In this document: positions 1 through 10,943 of the stretch, piece after piece | Position numbering within the stretch: the first letter of the stretch is position 1 | Layout of the letters: each line of letters opens with the position of its first letter | Assembly (NCBI GenBank): GCA_965223335.1 | Contig: OZ244991.1 | Location: 2,336,001 to 2,400,000, forward strand | Length of the DNA: 64,000 bases | Direction of reading: 5' to 3' | Source: Thermodesulfobacteriota bacterium | GTDB taxonomy: Bacteria > Desulfobacterota_D > UBA1144 > Nemesobacterales > UBA2774 | Notes under the pieces: model-generated | The model's input: only the letters and a program-made list of their open reading frames with translations | The model's database searches: none | Told to the model about the DNA's origin: nothing | Position numbers and translations under genes: made by a program

Positions 1-37
1 ATGTGGTTATATACGAGCTTTTTTCCGGTTCTTGTAA

Positions 38-280
38 TCAATGCCTGTTTTCGCTCCTCTCCCTAGCGTTTTCCAACACCTCTTTTAGCCCCATCAAGTT
101 GATCGAATTGCTATCCTTTTTGCCAACCCCCTTGCTCATTGTCACCAATAGCCCTATCAGCGTAAGCGCTATCATTGGCGCCATCACCCACAGCCACGAC
201 CACTCTACCTGCCCCCACAGCTTCGCCCCTACAAAGAGCAGGTTCAAATACACAACAAACGCTATATAAAAGTTATTCAT
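38..280 (-). CDS. small two-TM membrane protein
   Basis: AGGAG RBS; two hydrophobic segments around WSWLWV. Confidence 0.65.
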   Translation of the reverse strand: MNNFYIAFVVYLNLLFVGAKLWGQVEWSWLWVMAPMIALTLIGLLVTMSKGVGKKDSNSINLMGLKEVLENARERSENRH

Positions 281-498
281 ATCATCTCCTTACACTTCAT
301 ACCTAAACTATAGCCTTACTATCGTTTTCGAACAAATCAGCTACTCTTTCCATATCCTATCAGCATATATATTAAAGCTATATGCTATATAATATGTATA
401 TGTATTATTTATACTCTTAATTTAAACGAGGCAGGTACTACCCACAAGGGGGAAATTTATTTGTTTCTAAAATATTCGGACTTATACATAAACACAAA

Positions 499-969
499 CT
501 AACATTCAGAAAACGCTTTAGTATCGGTATATTCCTCTATTATTAAATAATTGCCATCATTATCACGCTCAATAATCATGTAGTAACCTGTATCCACATA
601 ACATTTCAGTTCCGAGTATCTATTTGCTTTAATTCTCGCTTTGTTTTCGATAATAGTAACACTGATATCGCTGAAGGTGCTTTTATCACCTTTTATATTT
701 GCAACTGGCATCAGTTGTTCAATAAGTTGTTTCCATTCACTCCCACTAACCTCTAATTCTTTTTTCTTATCGAATGGATAATTTCGTGTTGACATAATTC
801 TTGCAGAATCTGAATACATATCTGATACTGCAGTATCGAATTTATCACTCAGCTCAACATAATTACCAAAAAACTCCCTAGCACTCTCCTCGTCCGCATC
901 CATAGCGTGCGTCAATTGAGCAACACCAACAAAAACAAAAATAAAACTCATCAACATTAAACATCTCAT
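499..969 (-). CDS. secreted protein, possibly NTF2-like fold
   Basis: signal peptide, GGAGG RBS, AT-rich; fold is inference. Confidence 0.7.
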   Translation of the reverse strand: MRCLMLMSFIFVFVGVAQLTHAMDADEESAREFFGNYVELSDKFDTAVSDMYSDSARIMSTRNYPFDKKKELEVSGSEWKQLIEQLMPVANIKGDKSTFSDISVTIIENKARIKANRYSELKCYVDTGYYMIIERDNDGNYLIIEEYTDTKAFSEC

Positions 970-1075
970 ATCCTATACCTCCTAGCACCATGATGGATAA
1001 TGTATAAATATATAAATAATTATATCATCAGAACTTCTTGTGCATACATATCTTTAGTTTTTTACCTTTCCCACA

Positions 1076-1256
1076 TGGGATCTTTGATCCCAATCCCGAC
1101 ATTCAGCTATTAGCGTTAAAGAAAATAGCGCAATGGAGTCGTAAATTGGTTTTCGGGGCTGTGGTCGGATTAAAATCAATTAGACGGAATTAGCTATTTT
1201 TAGCTAATCGCTGTCAGTCGGTGATTTTTGCATACTTTTGATCAAGCAAAAGTATG
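1076..1256 (+). repeat. family A structured element, variant alpha, full copy
   Basis: GGGATC/GATCCC hairpin + CCGAC..GTCGG long stem + CATACTTTTG/CAAAAGTATG hairpin. Confidence 0.85.
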
Positions 1257-1352
1257 AGATAAACAGGTAATGAGTTGGGTTCAACTGCTATAGAAGCAAA
1301 TAAACTCCCGGTACTATGCTTTTAATAGGGCCTGCCTCCCATATATAGTCCC

Positions 1353-1691
1353 CTATACCTCCATCCTCTCAGTCACCTCATCCAACAAAGCAATCATAGA
1401 GTTTGACTCACAATGCACACAAACCCCTTCGAAACCCTCCGATATATCATCCAGCACCAGGAATGAAAACAGCGGTTCCGATTTTTGCGATTTGGTCCCA
1501 TCAATTTCATCTATGATTAAATCAAAGTGTGTTAACCCGTCCTCACCCGCGCCCCCATTCTCGACGGGCCTCAATAGGGGCTTATTCCTCCACTTGCGCT
1601 TTGCATAGCCGTACACAGCTACACCCAACGCACTACAGGCATTCCCCAGCCAATAAAGCCTTACCTCTCTTATCTCATGCACTCGAATCAT
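1353..1691 (-). CDS. hypothetical protein
   Basis: 112-aa ORF with minus-strand codon style. Confidence 0.55.
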   Translation of the reverse strand: MIRVHEIREVRLYWLGNACSALGVAVYGYAKRKWRNKPLLRPVENGGAGEDGLTHFDLIIDEIDGTKSQKSEPLFSFLVLDDISEGFEGVCVHCESNSMIALLDEVTERMEV

Positions 1692-1853
1692 TTAATCCGC
1701 ATACCTCAATACGCTACACGATGATTTTAAAAAATAATGAGTATATTAATAGTACGTTTACTAGCTATAATTGTAAACCTGTGTTCAATAACTAGAATGT
1801 TTTTATGGATTGTTTCACTCGGAATTGCTTCTTAGAAATTAAGGAAGGATACT

Positions 1854-2402
1854 CTATCCCACACCGCGGCCGGCCTCTTCCATCTTGGCCTGCACCTGCC
1901 TCACAAACACCTCTAGGTCCCCGCTCACCTTGCTTCGGGGCACTATCACGGCCCTCGAGGGATCGGTGTAGATGTACACATGCGTCGGCGACTTATCCAC
2001 CTTGTGTATATCTGCCCATGCCATACTACTCGTACCCTCCGGGCTTTGGTGTTCGAGCCTCTCATCCCCCACGCTCAATGTATGCCTGCCCGCAAGCCTC
2101 TCACCCCTCTCACCGCTGTAGAGCTTCTTTGCCATCCTGCTTACGTACCAACTTATGAGTTTTGGGTAAAACCATATCGCCGGCACAAACACCAACGAAT
2201 ATATGATAATAAACAGTGCCGCCGCCACGCCGGTCATTTCATCCTGGTGCCTACGATATATCACCACTGCCCCCACCGTGGCTATCACACCCAGCACTAT
2301 CCTAAACACCTTCACCGTCTTCCGGCCATAGTCCGAATACAGTGCATGGTGGCGGTTAAACTCCACCAAGTCGTCCAGCCCCACTTCATACTCTACACGC
2401 AT
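1854..2402 (-). CDS. YcxB family membrane protein
   Basis: two TMs then W-x-DI...YIY...AVIVP C-terminal domain. Confidence 0.75.
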   Translation of the reverse strand: MRVEYEVGLDDLVEFNRHHALYSDYGRKTVKVFRIVLGVIATVGAVVIYRRHQDEMTGVAAALFIIIYSLVFVPAIWFYPKLISWYVSRMAKKLYSGERGERLAGRHTLSVGDERLEHQSPEGTSSMAWADIHKVDKSPTHVYIYTDPSRAVIVPRSKVSGDLEVFVRQVQAKMEEAGRGVG

Positions 2403-2596
2403 AACACACCCTCTTTATACAGACAATAATCTACCGTCTTATTATTATGCTGTATATATTGATCTTACATACTGTATATATCTAATATGTTGGAATCAAG
2501 TATACAAGTTAAATGGAATCACTACATCCCGGACCCGACACAAGAGATATAAAAAAGGGTCTCACCCGTACAGAACCTGTGCTCGTATACCCAAAC

Positions 2597-3159
2597 AGGG
2601 ACTGTCCCGCCTTACCGTGTGGACTGTCCTTGTTTGAATGTCGTACCTCAAATTGAGGCAACCGCACGTGGACTGACCCTTTTTTTGTAACCTTTAGCCT
2701 TTCGTCTTCCCCCCTCATGGTGTCGCAGATCCCAGTCCGACATTACGGCAATGGCGTATAGAAAATAAGCTTGAGAGGCGTTAAGAATGGATTTCGGGGA
2801 TGTGGCGGGATAAATCTATTTAGAATCGAGAGATTATTTTTAGCCATTTCCGTTCAGTCGGTGATTTTTGCATACTTTTGATCAAGTAAAAGTATGAAGT
2901 AAAAAGGTAGTAAAGTGTCGGTCCAAGAAGATTACATTCGGAATGACTAAACCGTGGTTATTCCCATTTGGGATCGCAGATCCCAGTCCCGACATTCAGT
3001 GATTCACGTAAAGAAAATAGCGCAATGGAATCGTAATTTGGTTTTCGGGGTCGGGGGCACATTGAATGTGCTCTCATATCACCTATGTCAATCGTTTGAT
3101 ATGCCGCGGCGCGAGCCGTGTCGGCGATTTTTGTACACCTTTCATCGCGGAAAAGTAGG
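2597..3159 (+). repeat. mosaic cluster: family B REP + family A beta (2718-2896) + chimeric A (2969-3159)
   Basis: modules shared with other intergenic regions; ~250-nt spacing of A starts. Confidence 0.85.
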
Positions 3160-3299
3160 AAGATAAAAAATATTAAATAATGGCAAATAATGGCGATTCC
3201 CATAATGCAAGCAAACTTATGGGTATATGATTTTTAATTGAATTTGAGAGGTGTCAGCCGTGCCAAGGGTCGCTAGGCCCCTCCAAGATAACAGGGACT

Positions 3300-3824
3300 C
3301 TAATTTCCCCATTGATGCAGCGCATTGACCAGTATCTCTTCGCTCACACACTCTGCCGAGCTACCCAACAGATCGACATTCATGTCATATTCCAATCGCG
3401 ATGCATCCTCTGCATCAAACACATGAAATACTCTCTTTTTAGCCTCTGCATCGGTCATTTCATACTCGGCAATTGTCTTTCGTCTCTCTATCTCTTCGTC
3501 CGCTTTACAGTGCAGCCACACGTTATATACATCAAAACTTCTAAGTGCATTCCTCAGGATCTCCGTATATTCATCCTGCAAACAATAGTCAATTGTCAGA
3601 TTGATCTTATCCAGTATTACCGGCAGATTGTTTGCCAATACATGTACGATTGTTTTAAACTCATTGGGTTCGGTACTGCTTAGCATTCCATAAAGCTGAG
3701 TATTAAAATCAAACCTCGACAGCACAATCCTGCCCCTACTCTCGCTCAAAGCAGTTGCCAGCGAGCTCTTCCCTACATACCTCGCTCCACCTATCAATAT
3801 GACCTTACCGTAATCAGACACCAT
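3300..3824 (-). CDS. P-loop kinase (nucleotide/chloramphenicol phosphotransferase-like)
   Basis: N-terminal Walker A GARYVGKS. Confidence 0.65.
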   Translation of the reverse strand: MVSDYGKVILIGGARYVGKSSLATALSESRGRIVLSRFDFNTQLYGMLSSTEPNEFKTIVHVLANNLPVILDKINLTIDYCLQDEYTEILRNALRSFDVYNVWLHCKADEEIERRKTIAEYEMTDAEAKKRVFHVFDAEDASRLEYDMNVDLLGSSAECVSEEILVNALHQWGN

Positions 3825-4081
3825 ATATTCAGTTAAGTCCTTTACCGCAAGCCTTCAATGGGATATTTTAACTGTGCAAATTAGTTAATTCTTTTACTAT
3901 AATTATATCACCACTTCCATCTGTTAGTAGAACCTGACAATAATCTTATTTACATGCCTCCACAGAAATGCTTTTACCACAACCAACAGCACACCGATCC
4001 ATCGTGCTGTCAAAGATTTCTTGTCAATTATATATATTGATAGAGTTGCCAAGGCGCAATCTCTCATCATGTATTAATCAA

Positions 4082-4759
4082 CTACCCGCCAAATTGCTCT
4101 GCGGCCTCAATAGTTGCGCTTGTGTGCGCTACACAAGCAGTAGCATTCATGACCATCGCGATGTTTATAGCCTCCACTATTTCTTCTTTTACGACTCCTT
4201 CCTGTAGCCCGTCTCGCACACAGCTTCTTATGCACCACGGACACTTAGCCAATATTGCACATGCCAGTCCCATAAGCCCTTTCTTAAGTTTCTTAGGCAG
4301 GTGTCCGTCCTCGTATACAATATCGTGAAATGTGGCAAATTTGTCACGCATAGTGCCGCTTACTTTATGAAAGTCCTGTATCTGCGGGGTGATGTTTTTA
4401 CTTATAAAATAACCTTTAAACACACTTTCCTTACTCTTCATCAAATCATAATTTTCCAGCGCTATACTGCTGAAAGCATACGGCTGCCCCATAGCAAGCC
4501 GCATCGCGATGTATACCGATTCCGCAATTTGTTCATCCGTCGCACCCATCTCTTTCGACAGCTTTGTCCTGTGCCTTATGCAATGCTCACACCCCGTAAT
4601 ATGAGCACAAGACAATGCTATCAACTGCTTGTCCTTTACCGAAATCAGCCCCTCTTTAAAAACCTCGTCACGATACTCCGTCCACGCATCATTTAACTCA
4701 GGCACAAGCGCCTCAAATTTAGCTATATAACCCTCAACTTTGTCTACGTTAGTATTCAT
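4082..4759 (-). CDS. AhpD/carboxymuconolactone decarboxylase family protein with two CMD domains
   Basis: repeated CxxC motifs (CEHCI, CPWCI); GGAGG before ATG 4759. Confidence 0.85.
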   Translation of the reverse strand: MNTNVDKVEGYIAKFEALVPELNDAWTEYRDEVFKEGLISVKDKQLIALSCAHITGCEHCIRHRTKLSKEMGATDEQIAESVYIAMRLAMGQPYAFSSIALENYDLMKSKESVFKGYFISKNITPQIQDFHKVSGTMRDKFATFHDIVYEDGHLPKKLKKGLMGLACAILAKCPWCIRSCVRDGLQEGVVKEEIVEAINIAMVMNATACVAHTSATIEAAEQFGG

Positions 4760-4842
4760 TATTAGCCTCCCCATAAAATTTTTCAAACATTATATATTGA
4801 ATACCACCGCTTTGTATATAGCTAAGTCGTAGTATTTCCCAA

Positions 4843-4925
4843 ATGGTGTCGCAGACACCACCACGCCCCCATACATACCCTACCTACGGTCGTGATACTA
4901 CTACTCCCTCTCGGCCCCCCATTGG
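4843..4925 (+). repeat. family A 5' hairpin + one family C unit
   Basis: TGGTGTC-GCA-GACACCA then CCCTACC...CTCCCTCTCGGCCCCC. Confidence 0.7.
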
Positions 4926-4958
4926 CATTCAGCTTTCCCTCAATTATATTATTCCCCT

Positions 4959-5330
4959 ATGCCGCACCTCATACTCGAATACTCAGACAACATCATCGAA
5001 TCCCCCGATCCGTCTCGTGTTCTCGGCACACTGTCGCGGACACTCGCCGACAATGACGAGATCGACCTGGCTAATATCAAAAGCCGTTTGGTCAAGTCCG
5101 AACACTATTTCGTGTCCGACGGCTCCCGCGACCAGGCATTCCTCCACCTCCAGGTTGCACTGCTCGCAGGGCGGAGCCCCCAGTTTAAAGCGGAGCTCAG
5201 CAAAAAGCTCTACGACACTGTGGTTCAATTGTTTTCAGAATCCACCCGCAACCTCAACTGCTCTGTCACAGTGGAAATAAGGGATATGGACTCCCGGGCT
5301 TACACCAAGCAGTCCTTTGGCAACATCTAG
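4959..5330 (+). CDS. 5-carboxymethyl-2-hydroxymuconate isomerase family (tautomerase superfamily)
   Basis: N-terminal catalytic Pro MPHLILEYS; FLHLQVALLAGRS. Confidence 0.85.
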   Translation: MPHLILEYSDNIIESPDPSRVLGTLSRTLADNDEIDLANIKSRLVKSEHYFVSDGSRDQAFLHLQVALLAGRSPQFKAELSKKLYDTVVQLFSESTRNLNCSVTVEIRDMDSRAYTKQSFGNI

Positions 5331-5719
5331 GACCTTTCCCCGCCCTCATTGTTACCGTTTTTAATCATATGCATAATATCTTCGTACACTACTTTAATGC
5401 TCTCGTATCCATCCACATCAACATCTGCTTTATACGTAAAACAGTCTGTCCCTCTCATAAAATTAATATAGGTATGATCAACGTATTCCCCGTCCGGCAG
5501 CTTCGTAATCGAGTGTGTTATCACAAGCCCTGTCAACTCCGAGGTATTTAGCCTCTCCTCATGCTCCACAAATATCGCCCCTTCCGTTACCTCTTCGGGG
5601 TTAAGCCAGCTGTCAGCACGCCTCTGCCCCTTAAACAACAGCTCACCATCCTCTCTCGCAACCTCCACCTCACTGTCCACCGCAAACCCGTGCCCTATCA
5701 TGTGTTTCAGTCTCAGCAT
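5327..5719 (-). CDS. hypothetical protein
   Basis: GAGGA RBS; starts 16 nt after the hydrolase stop. Confidence 0.6.
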   Translation of the reverse strand: MLRLKHMIGHGFAVDSEVEVAREDGELLFKGQRRADSWLNPEEVTEGAIFVEHEERLNTSELTGLVITHSITKLPDGEYVDHTYINFMRGTDCFTYKADVDVDGYESIKVVYEDIMHMIKNGNNEGGERS

Positions 5720-5735
5720 CCCGTCCTCTTCAGTT

Positions 5736-6764
5736 CTACATGTTATCTTCTATAAATTCTATCACATCCCCAGCGCTCACATCCAGTGTATTCGCTTTAT
5801 GCTCCCCGCCCTGGGTCAATATCCACTCGTGCGGCACCCCCGCTGCCGACAGTGCATCGCGCAGGTCCCTGCTCTGCTTCCACGGCACAAAACAGTCCGC
5901 TGTCCCGTTGGCTATAAATGCAGGCTTATCACCCGAGTCCACATGAAACACCGGGCTTGCCTGATCGAGGTCGTTCTGTGCACAGTTCTCAAGCGGGTCC
6001 AATGGGTTTAATGATAGTTCACAGCCCAAAAGCGCCACTACAGGCAGTGGATTTAACTCGGGCCCACAGCTAAGCGCTATCTCTAGCCCCTGCCCGGCTA
6101 TGGTGTTCAGGTCGTAAGGGCCGTAAAACAACACCCCTCCTACTACCTCTGACGAAAACCCCGGATTTGCCGGCCCCTCTAACGATGCCACCCCGTCTGT
6201 AGTCGCCAGCATCGCTGCCAGGTGCGCCCCTGCCGACTCCCCTATTGCAATGATCGCATTCGGATCTATACCCAATGAAGCCGCGTTTTGTCTCAGGTAC
6301 CTCACTACCGCCTTTGCATCATGCACCACCTCTGGCCACGCATCGTTGGACTCGTCAGCCAGCCTATAGTTAGCCGACACCAGGTGAAACCCCCCGGTCT
6401 CCGCAATATCTAACGCAATCTCCTCAATGTTTTCTTTGGAACCTATCACCCACCCACCGCTATGGAAATACACCAGCACCGGCCTCGGCGACTCTATGTC
6501 GTTAATACGATAATAATCAAGCGACTGCCTCTCTCCCCCTCCCGCGACATACTCCATAGTCATGGGTGTAGTGCTGAGTGTTCCCCCCGGCACAATAGTC
6601 ACGTTACCGCCACCGCCGCCACCGCCGTTTCCCCCGCCATTGCCACCGTTATTATTGCTGCTTCCCCCGCACCCACCAATGGAACCAAACACCATAAACA
6701 CAAACAAAAATGTTGTTACGGCCAAGCTCTTTATGTTTCTTTTATTATTTTTAAGATCTCTCAT
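5736..6764 (-). CDS. alpha/beta hydrolase (HSL/GDXG-type esterase), probable lipoprotein
   Basis: HSGGW oxyanion motif, GESAG nucleophile elbow, D..VP and C-terminal His; lipobox-like GGC plus Gly/Asn linker. Confidence 0.85.
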   Translation of the reverse strand: MRDLKNNKRNIKSLAVTTFLFVFMVFGSIGGCGGSSNNNGGNGGGNGGGGGGGNVTIVPGGTLSTTPMTMEYVAGGGERQSLDYYRINDIESPRPVLVYFHSGGWVIGSKENIEEIALDIAETGGFHLVSANYRLADESNDAWPEVVHDAKAVVRYLRQNAASLGIDPNAIIAIGESAGAHLAAMLATTDGVASLEGPANPGFSSEVVGGVLFYGPYDLNTIAGQGLEIALSCGPELNPLPVVALLGCELSLNPLDPLENCAQNDLDQASPVFHVDSGDKPAFIANGTADCFVPWKQSRDLRDALSAAGVPHEWILTQGGEHKANTLDVSAGDVIEFIEDNM

Positions 6765-6908
6765 CACATGCCTCCGGCAAAATAGCTAATTTTGATACAT
6801 AATATAATAAATAATAGTCAACACTAAAACACCTAATATTTTTATTGTGTATAAATATATACCCACTCCTCGATACGTACAGTTTCTTATTGGTATTTTA
6901 GTATTTCC

Positions 6909-7178
6909 AATGGGATCACCAGATACCAATCCCGACCTTACGGGCAGATTACATGTGCAGGAATATGATTTTGTTTTAGCCTTTCGCCTTTCCCCCTATG
7001 GGGTCAGAGACCCCAATCCCGACATTACGGCAATGGCGTATAGAAAATAAGCTTGAGATGCGTTAAAAATAGATTTCGGGGCCGGGGTGGGATAAATCTA
7101 TTTAGCAACGAGAGATTATTTTTAGCCATTTCCGTTCAGTCGGTGACTTTTGGCTACTTTTGGTCAAGCAAAAGTAGC
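6909..7178 (+). repeat. mosaic cluster with family A beta (6999-7178)
   Basis: shared modules. Confidence 0.85.
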
Positions 7179-7462
7179 GAAGCAAACTGGAAATTAGTAT
7201 GGGTCTGGTAATATAGAAACCCTAATGCTAAAAAGTTTTGCATTGGGCTTACTGAACCTATACGCATTACCCCTATCCCCTAAACCTGCGACACATCTAC
7301 ATCCCTCAACACCCTCGATACCGAGTAATCCCTACCTGACAATACAACCCAATTAAACTTTTACATAATAGGTTTCTTAACTCACATTCAAAAATCTTGA
7401 CCACTCGTTCAATAATTTGATAACATTCATTTCAGGGGTAAATACATACGGGGAGGTATCCA

Positions 7463-7867
7463 ATGCGTAACTCTTTTTTCCATCTTTTTAGTTTCTCATT
7501 AGTTTTACTTTTCATTACGGGTCTTTCGCTAGCTCTACCGGCATCAGCCGAGGGTCTGCTAGACGGCAAAACATTCGAGGCCGAGGCCTCCGAGAAGGGC
7601 AAAGAAGACAAAACACCCGACACTCTAATTTTCAAAGACGGTATGTTTACATCCACCGACTGCGAACAGTACGGGTTTAAAGCCGCTCCATATAGTGCTA
7701 CGGAACAGGACGGCGTGATCAGCTTCGAGTCCCAGGCCACAAGCGATACCGAGGGCACCGTGGCATGGTCCGGCACTGTAGACGGGGGCAATATCTCAGG
7801 CACATTCGTCTGGACAAAACCCGGCCAAGACGCCATCGAATACACATACTCCGGCAAGGTTAAATAG
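7463..7867 (+). CDS. secreted hypothetical protein
   Basis: GGAGG RBS, signal peptide ending ASA. Confidence 0.75.
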   Translation: MRNSFFHLFSFSLVLLFITGLSLALPASAEGLLDGKTFEAEASEKGKEDKTPDTLIFKDGMFTSTDCEQYGFKAAPYSATEQDGVISFESQATSDTEGTVAWSGTVDGGNISGTFVWTKPGQDAIEYTYSGKVK

Positions 7868-7914
7868 TAGATAGCACAGCACCTGCGCAGGAATATATTT
7901 TGTATTCTACAAAA

Positions 7915-8605
7915 GGGGACTGTCCCGCCTTACCATGTGGACTGTCCCCGTTGTATGGGAAAAGGGCTCTGTCCCTCTTTATCCGTGGACTGACCCCCTT
8001 TTTTGTAACCTTTCGTCTTTCTCCTTTCCCCTAATAGTGTGAAAGACACCAGTCCGACATTCAGCTATTAGCGTAAAGAAAATAGCGCAATGGAATCGTA
8101 AATTGGTTTTCGGGGCCGGGGCGGGATAAAAATCAATTAGATGGAGTTAGCTATTTTTAGCTAATCGCTGTCAGTCGGTGACTTTTGGCTACTTTTGGTC
8201 AAGCAAAAGTAGCAGTAAGAAACAATAAAAGTATCTTCCAACTAATACAGAATCATCAATGGATAACCCGTCGTTTTTCCCCTATGGGATCACCAGATCC
8301 CAGTCCCGACATTACGGCAATGGCGTATAGAAAATAAGCTTTTGAGGCGTTAAGAATGGATTTCGGGGTTGTGGTTGGATAAATCCATTTAGCATCGAAA
8401 GATTATTTTTAGCTATTTCCGTACAGTCGGCGATTTTTGCATACTTTTGATCAAGCAAAAGTATGAAGTAAACAGGCATTTAGATCCATGCTATGAAGTT
8501 ATTATCCCTAAGGGCACTAAACCATCATTTGCCTGGGTCGCTAGACCCTGACTGTTGGCTGTTTTTGGTCAAGCAAAAGTAGCACATTACATGTGCAGGA
8601 ATATA
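7915..8605 (+). repeat. mosaic cluster: 2x family B, family A alpha (8035-8213), family A beta (8285-8465)
   Basis: 250-nt period; 7965-8216 nearly identical to 12804-13056. Confidence 0.85.
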
Positions 8606-8686
8606 ATTTGTATCGTGTATAAATGAGACTTTCTCAATAATCATTAAAGTCCCGTTACTCCCTTTTGAATAGACCCCCGAGACCCC

Positions 8687-9523
8687 TCAGACATCCATCA
8701 CCAGCGCCGTATCGTCCCGGTTCGCCCACTCGGCCATCGATCCGTCATAAATACCGACCGGTGGGTAACCCAACATCTCAAATACAAACGCTATCATCGT
8801 AGCCCGCACCGCCGACTGACAGTGCGCCACTGTCCTCTTTTCGGGATTCACACCCGCGTTGTCAAAGATTGCTTTTATCTCTTCTGGGGGCCTAAACCTT
8901 CTAACCCCCTCTGTGTCGGTAGAGTTCTCGAGCAGTGTGTTCCACTCCACGTGTAGCGCTCCGGGTATATGCCCGGCCCTCATATTTCCGTGCTGGTCGG
9001 CCCCCGTATATTCCCCGTGCGACCTCGCATCTATTATCTGCCACCTCGGGTCCTCCATTGCTTCTGTCAATTGTTCTCTCGATACTATCCTATCAACATC
9101 TGCCTGCGCACCGAACTCATGCTCCGAGGGGTTATATTCGTTTGTTCTATAACTTATCGGATAACCCATCTCGACCCAGTTCTGCCATCCCCCGTCCAGC
9201 ACATATGCATTATTAAATCCATAATATTTAAGCACCCACCACAACCTTGTCGCAAATATAGAGCCCCACTCATCATAAAGCACCACAGTCGAGCCCTCCT
9301 CAATGCCCAGCTGCTTCAACAGATCACACAGCTCATAGTCCTCCACTACAAAAAGAGAATCTTCCCCACCCGGTTCTTTTGATTTTATATATGAATGCCC
9401 CGGACGACAGCGCGCCCCTGGTATATGAGCCCTTGTATACGAGTAATACTCCCAAGGACAGTCTACAACTATTAGGTTTGGATTCCCCAGCTTTTCAGAC
9501 AACTTCTTCGGCCCTATCAACAT
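8687..9523 (-). CDS. tandem-domain rhodanese/sulfurtransferase (SseA-like)
   Basis: HIPGA twice, LDGG, CQSAVRA active site, YDGSMAEW. Confidence 0.9.
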   Translation of the reverse strand: MLIGPKKLSEKLGNPNLIVVDCPWEYYSYTRAHIPGARCRPGHSYIKSKEPGGEDSLFVVEDYELCDLLKQLGIEEGSTVVLYDEWGSIFATRLWWVLKYYGFNNAYVLDGGWQNWVEMGYPISYRTNEYNPSEHEFGAQADVDRIVSREQLTEAMEDPRWQIIDARSHGEYTGADQHGNMRAGHIPGALHVEWNTLLENSTDTEGVRRFRPPEEIKAIFDNAGVNPEKRTVAHCQSAVRATMIAFVFEMLGYPPVGIYDGSMAEWANRDDTALVMDV

Positions 9524-9543
9524 TGCGTCTGCGCCTCCCACTT

Positions 9544-10070
9544 CCCCATTTTGTTCCTACCTGCCGTTCGCAAAAGACCGCTCCCTCTCGGCCCCCATAT
9601 CCCCATTTTGTACCTGCCTGCCGTTCGCAAAAGACCGCTCCCTCTCGGCCCCCATATCCCCATTTTGTTCCTACCTGCCGCTCATACACTACATTCACTT
9701 GCGGCCCCCACTTCCCCATTTTGTCCCTACCTGCCGTTCGCAAAAGACCGCTCCCTCTCGGCCCCCATGGGCACAAAGTCCCGATACTCCCTCAAGGGGT
9801 CTGTCCCTCTTTACCCGTGGACTGACCCCGTAGTTGCGATAATCATCACAACTCCCGGTACTCCCTTATGATAGGGGTCTCCAGACCCCCACTACCCCAT
9901 TTCGTCCCTGCCTGCCGCTCATACACTACATTCACTTGCGGCCCCCATATCCCCATTTTGTTCCTACCTGCCGTTCGCAATAAACCGCTCACTTGCGGCC
10001 CCCATATCCCCATTTTGTTCCTACCTGCCGTTCGCAATAAACCGCTCACTTGCGGCCCCCATATCCCCAT
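9544..10070 (+). repeat. family C tandem mini-arrays (4 + 3 units of 56-57 nt) split by a family B hairpin
   Basis: constant CGGCCCCCATATCCCCATTTTGTTCCTACCTGCCG with 21-22-nt variable inserts. Confidence 0.9.
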
Positions 10071-10134
10071 TATAGCAATCCACCCGATCTCGCGCAAGCA
10101 CGTAAATTGCTATATATCTATGTGAGTATTTAAT

Positions 10135-10319
10135 TTGATTTTACAGGTTAACTAGTTGTATAATGGGAAGGTTATAAAGAGTAAAACGAGCCCTACGCGG
10201 CTCCGGCTAATGCCAGTAAAAAATTAGATGGGGTTCCGCCAGGGCTCGTTAATCACAACCAGCGCCCATTAGTATATCTGATTCTTCGAACCCCGCATCA
10301 GAAATCTAGCAATTTTTTT
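10135..10319 (+). ncRNA. candidate sRNA with its promoter
   Basis: TTGATT-N18-TATAAT; 10-bp stem 10185-10250; second hairpin plus T7; no long ORF. Confidence 0.3.
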
Positions 10320-10399
10320 CTATTCGGAAAAATTTCTTTAATTTTTGGCACATACCATATCTAATCCGGTCCTATAATTCACAAATCCTTGTTCATATA

Positions 10400-10935
10400 G
10401 AGGTCGTTAGACCTCTGTCCCGACATTCAGCGATTCGCGTATATAAAATAACGCAATGGAGTCCTAAATTGCACACTGAGTGTGGCACATAACATGTACT
10501 TGAATATGATGTGTCTTTCGCCTTTCCCTATGGGATCATAGATCCCAATTCCGACGTTACGGCAATGGCGTATAGAAAATAAACTCGAGAGGCGTTAAAA
10601 ATGGATTTCGGGGGTACACTGAGTGTGCATTCAAATCTTTAGTCATTAGCCTTTTCAATATGGTGTCGCAGACACCACTCCCGACATCAGAGATATAGCG
10701 TTAAGAAAACAGGTTAGCGCGGAGTTAAAATTGATTTTCGGGGCTGTGGTTGGATCAAAATCAATAGCCCGCACTGACATGTTTTTAGCGTCTATCTCGT
10801 TAGTCGGCGATTTTTGCGCACTTTTCATCGCGGAAAAGTGCGAGAGAAAAGATATAAAAGTATCATCCTACTAACATAGTATCCTAAATGACTAAACCGT
10901 TGTTTTTCCCCTATGGGATCACAGATCCCAGTCCA
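10400..10935 (+). repeat. mosaic cluster: partial alpha, partial beta, full gamma (10661-10842), next 5' hairpin at about 10914
   Basis: shared modules; gamma has different but paired stems. Confidence 0.85.
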
Positions 10936-10943
10936 GACAACAA

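Noticed and set aside
9544..10070. CRISPR array
   Set aside because: Inserts are only 21-22 nt, repeat within and between arrays, repeats are degenerate, and no cas genes or leader are seen
9379..10125. Repetitive ORFs in repeat clusters (also 2509-3203, 17158-17933, 21063-21557, 28241-28835, 30324-30620, 32658-32960, 39956-40366, 51190-51405)
   Set aside because: Translations of non-coding modules in varying frames and strands, no RBS; covariation preserves base pairing, not codons
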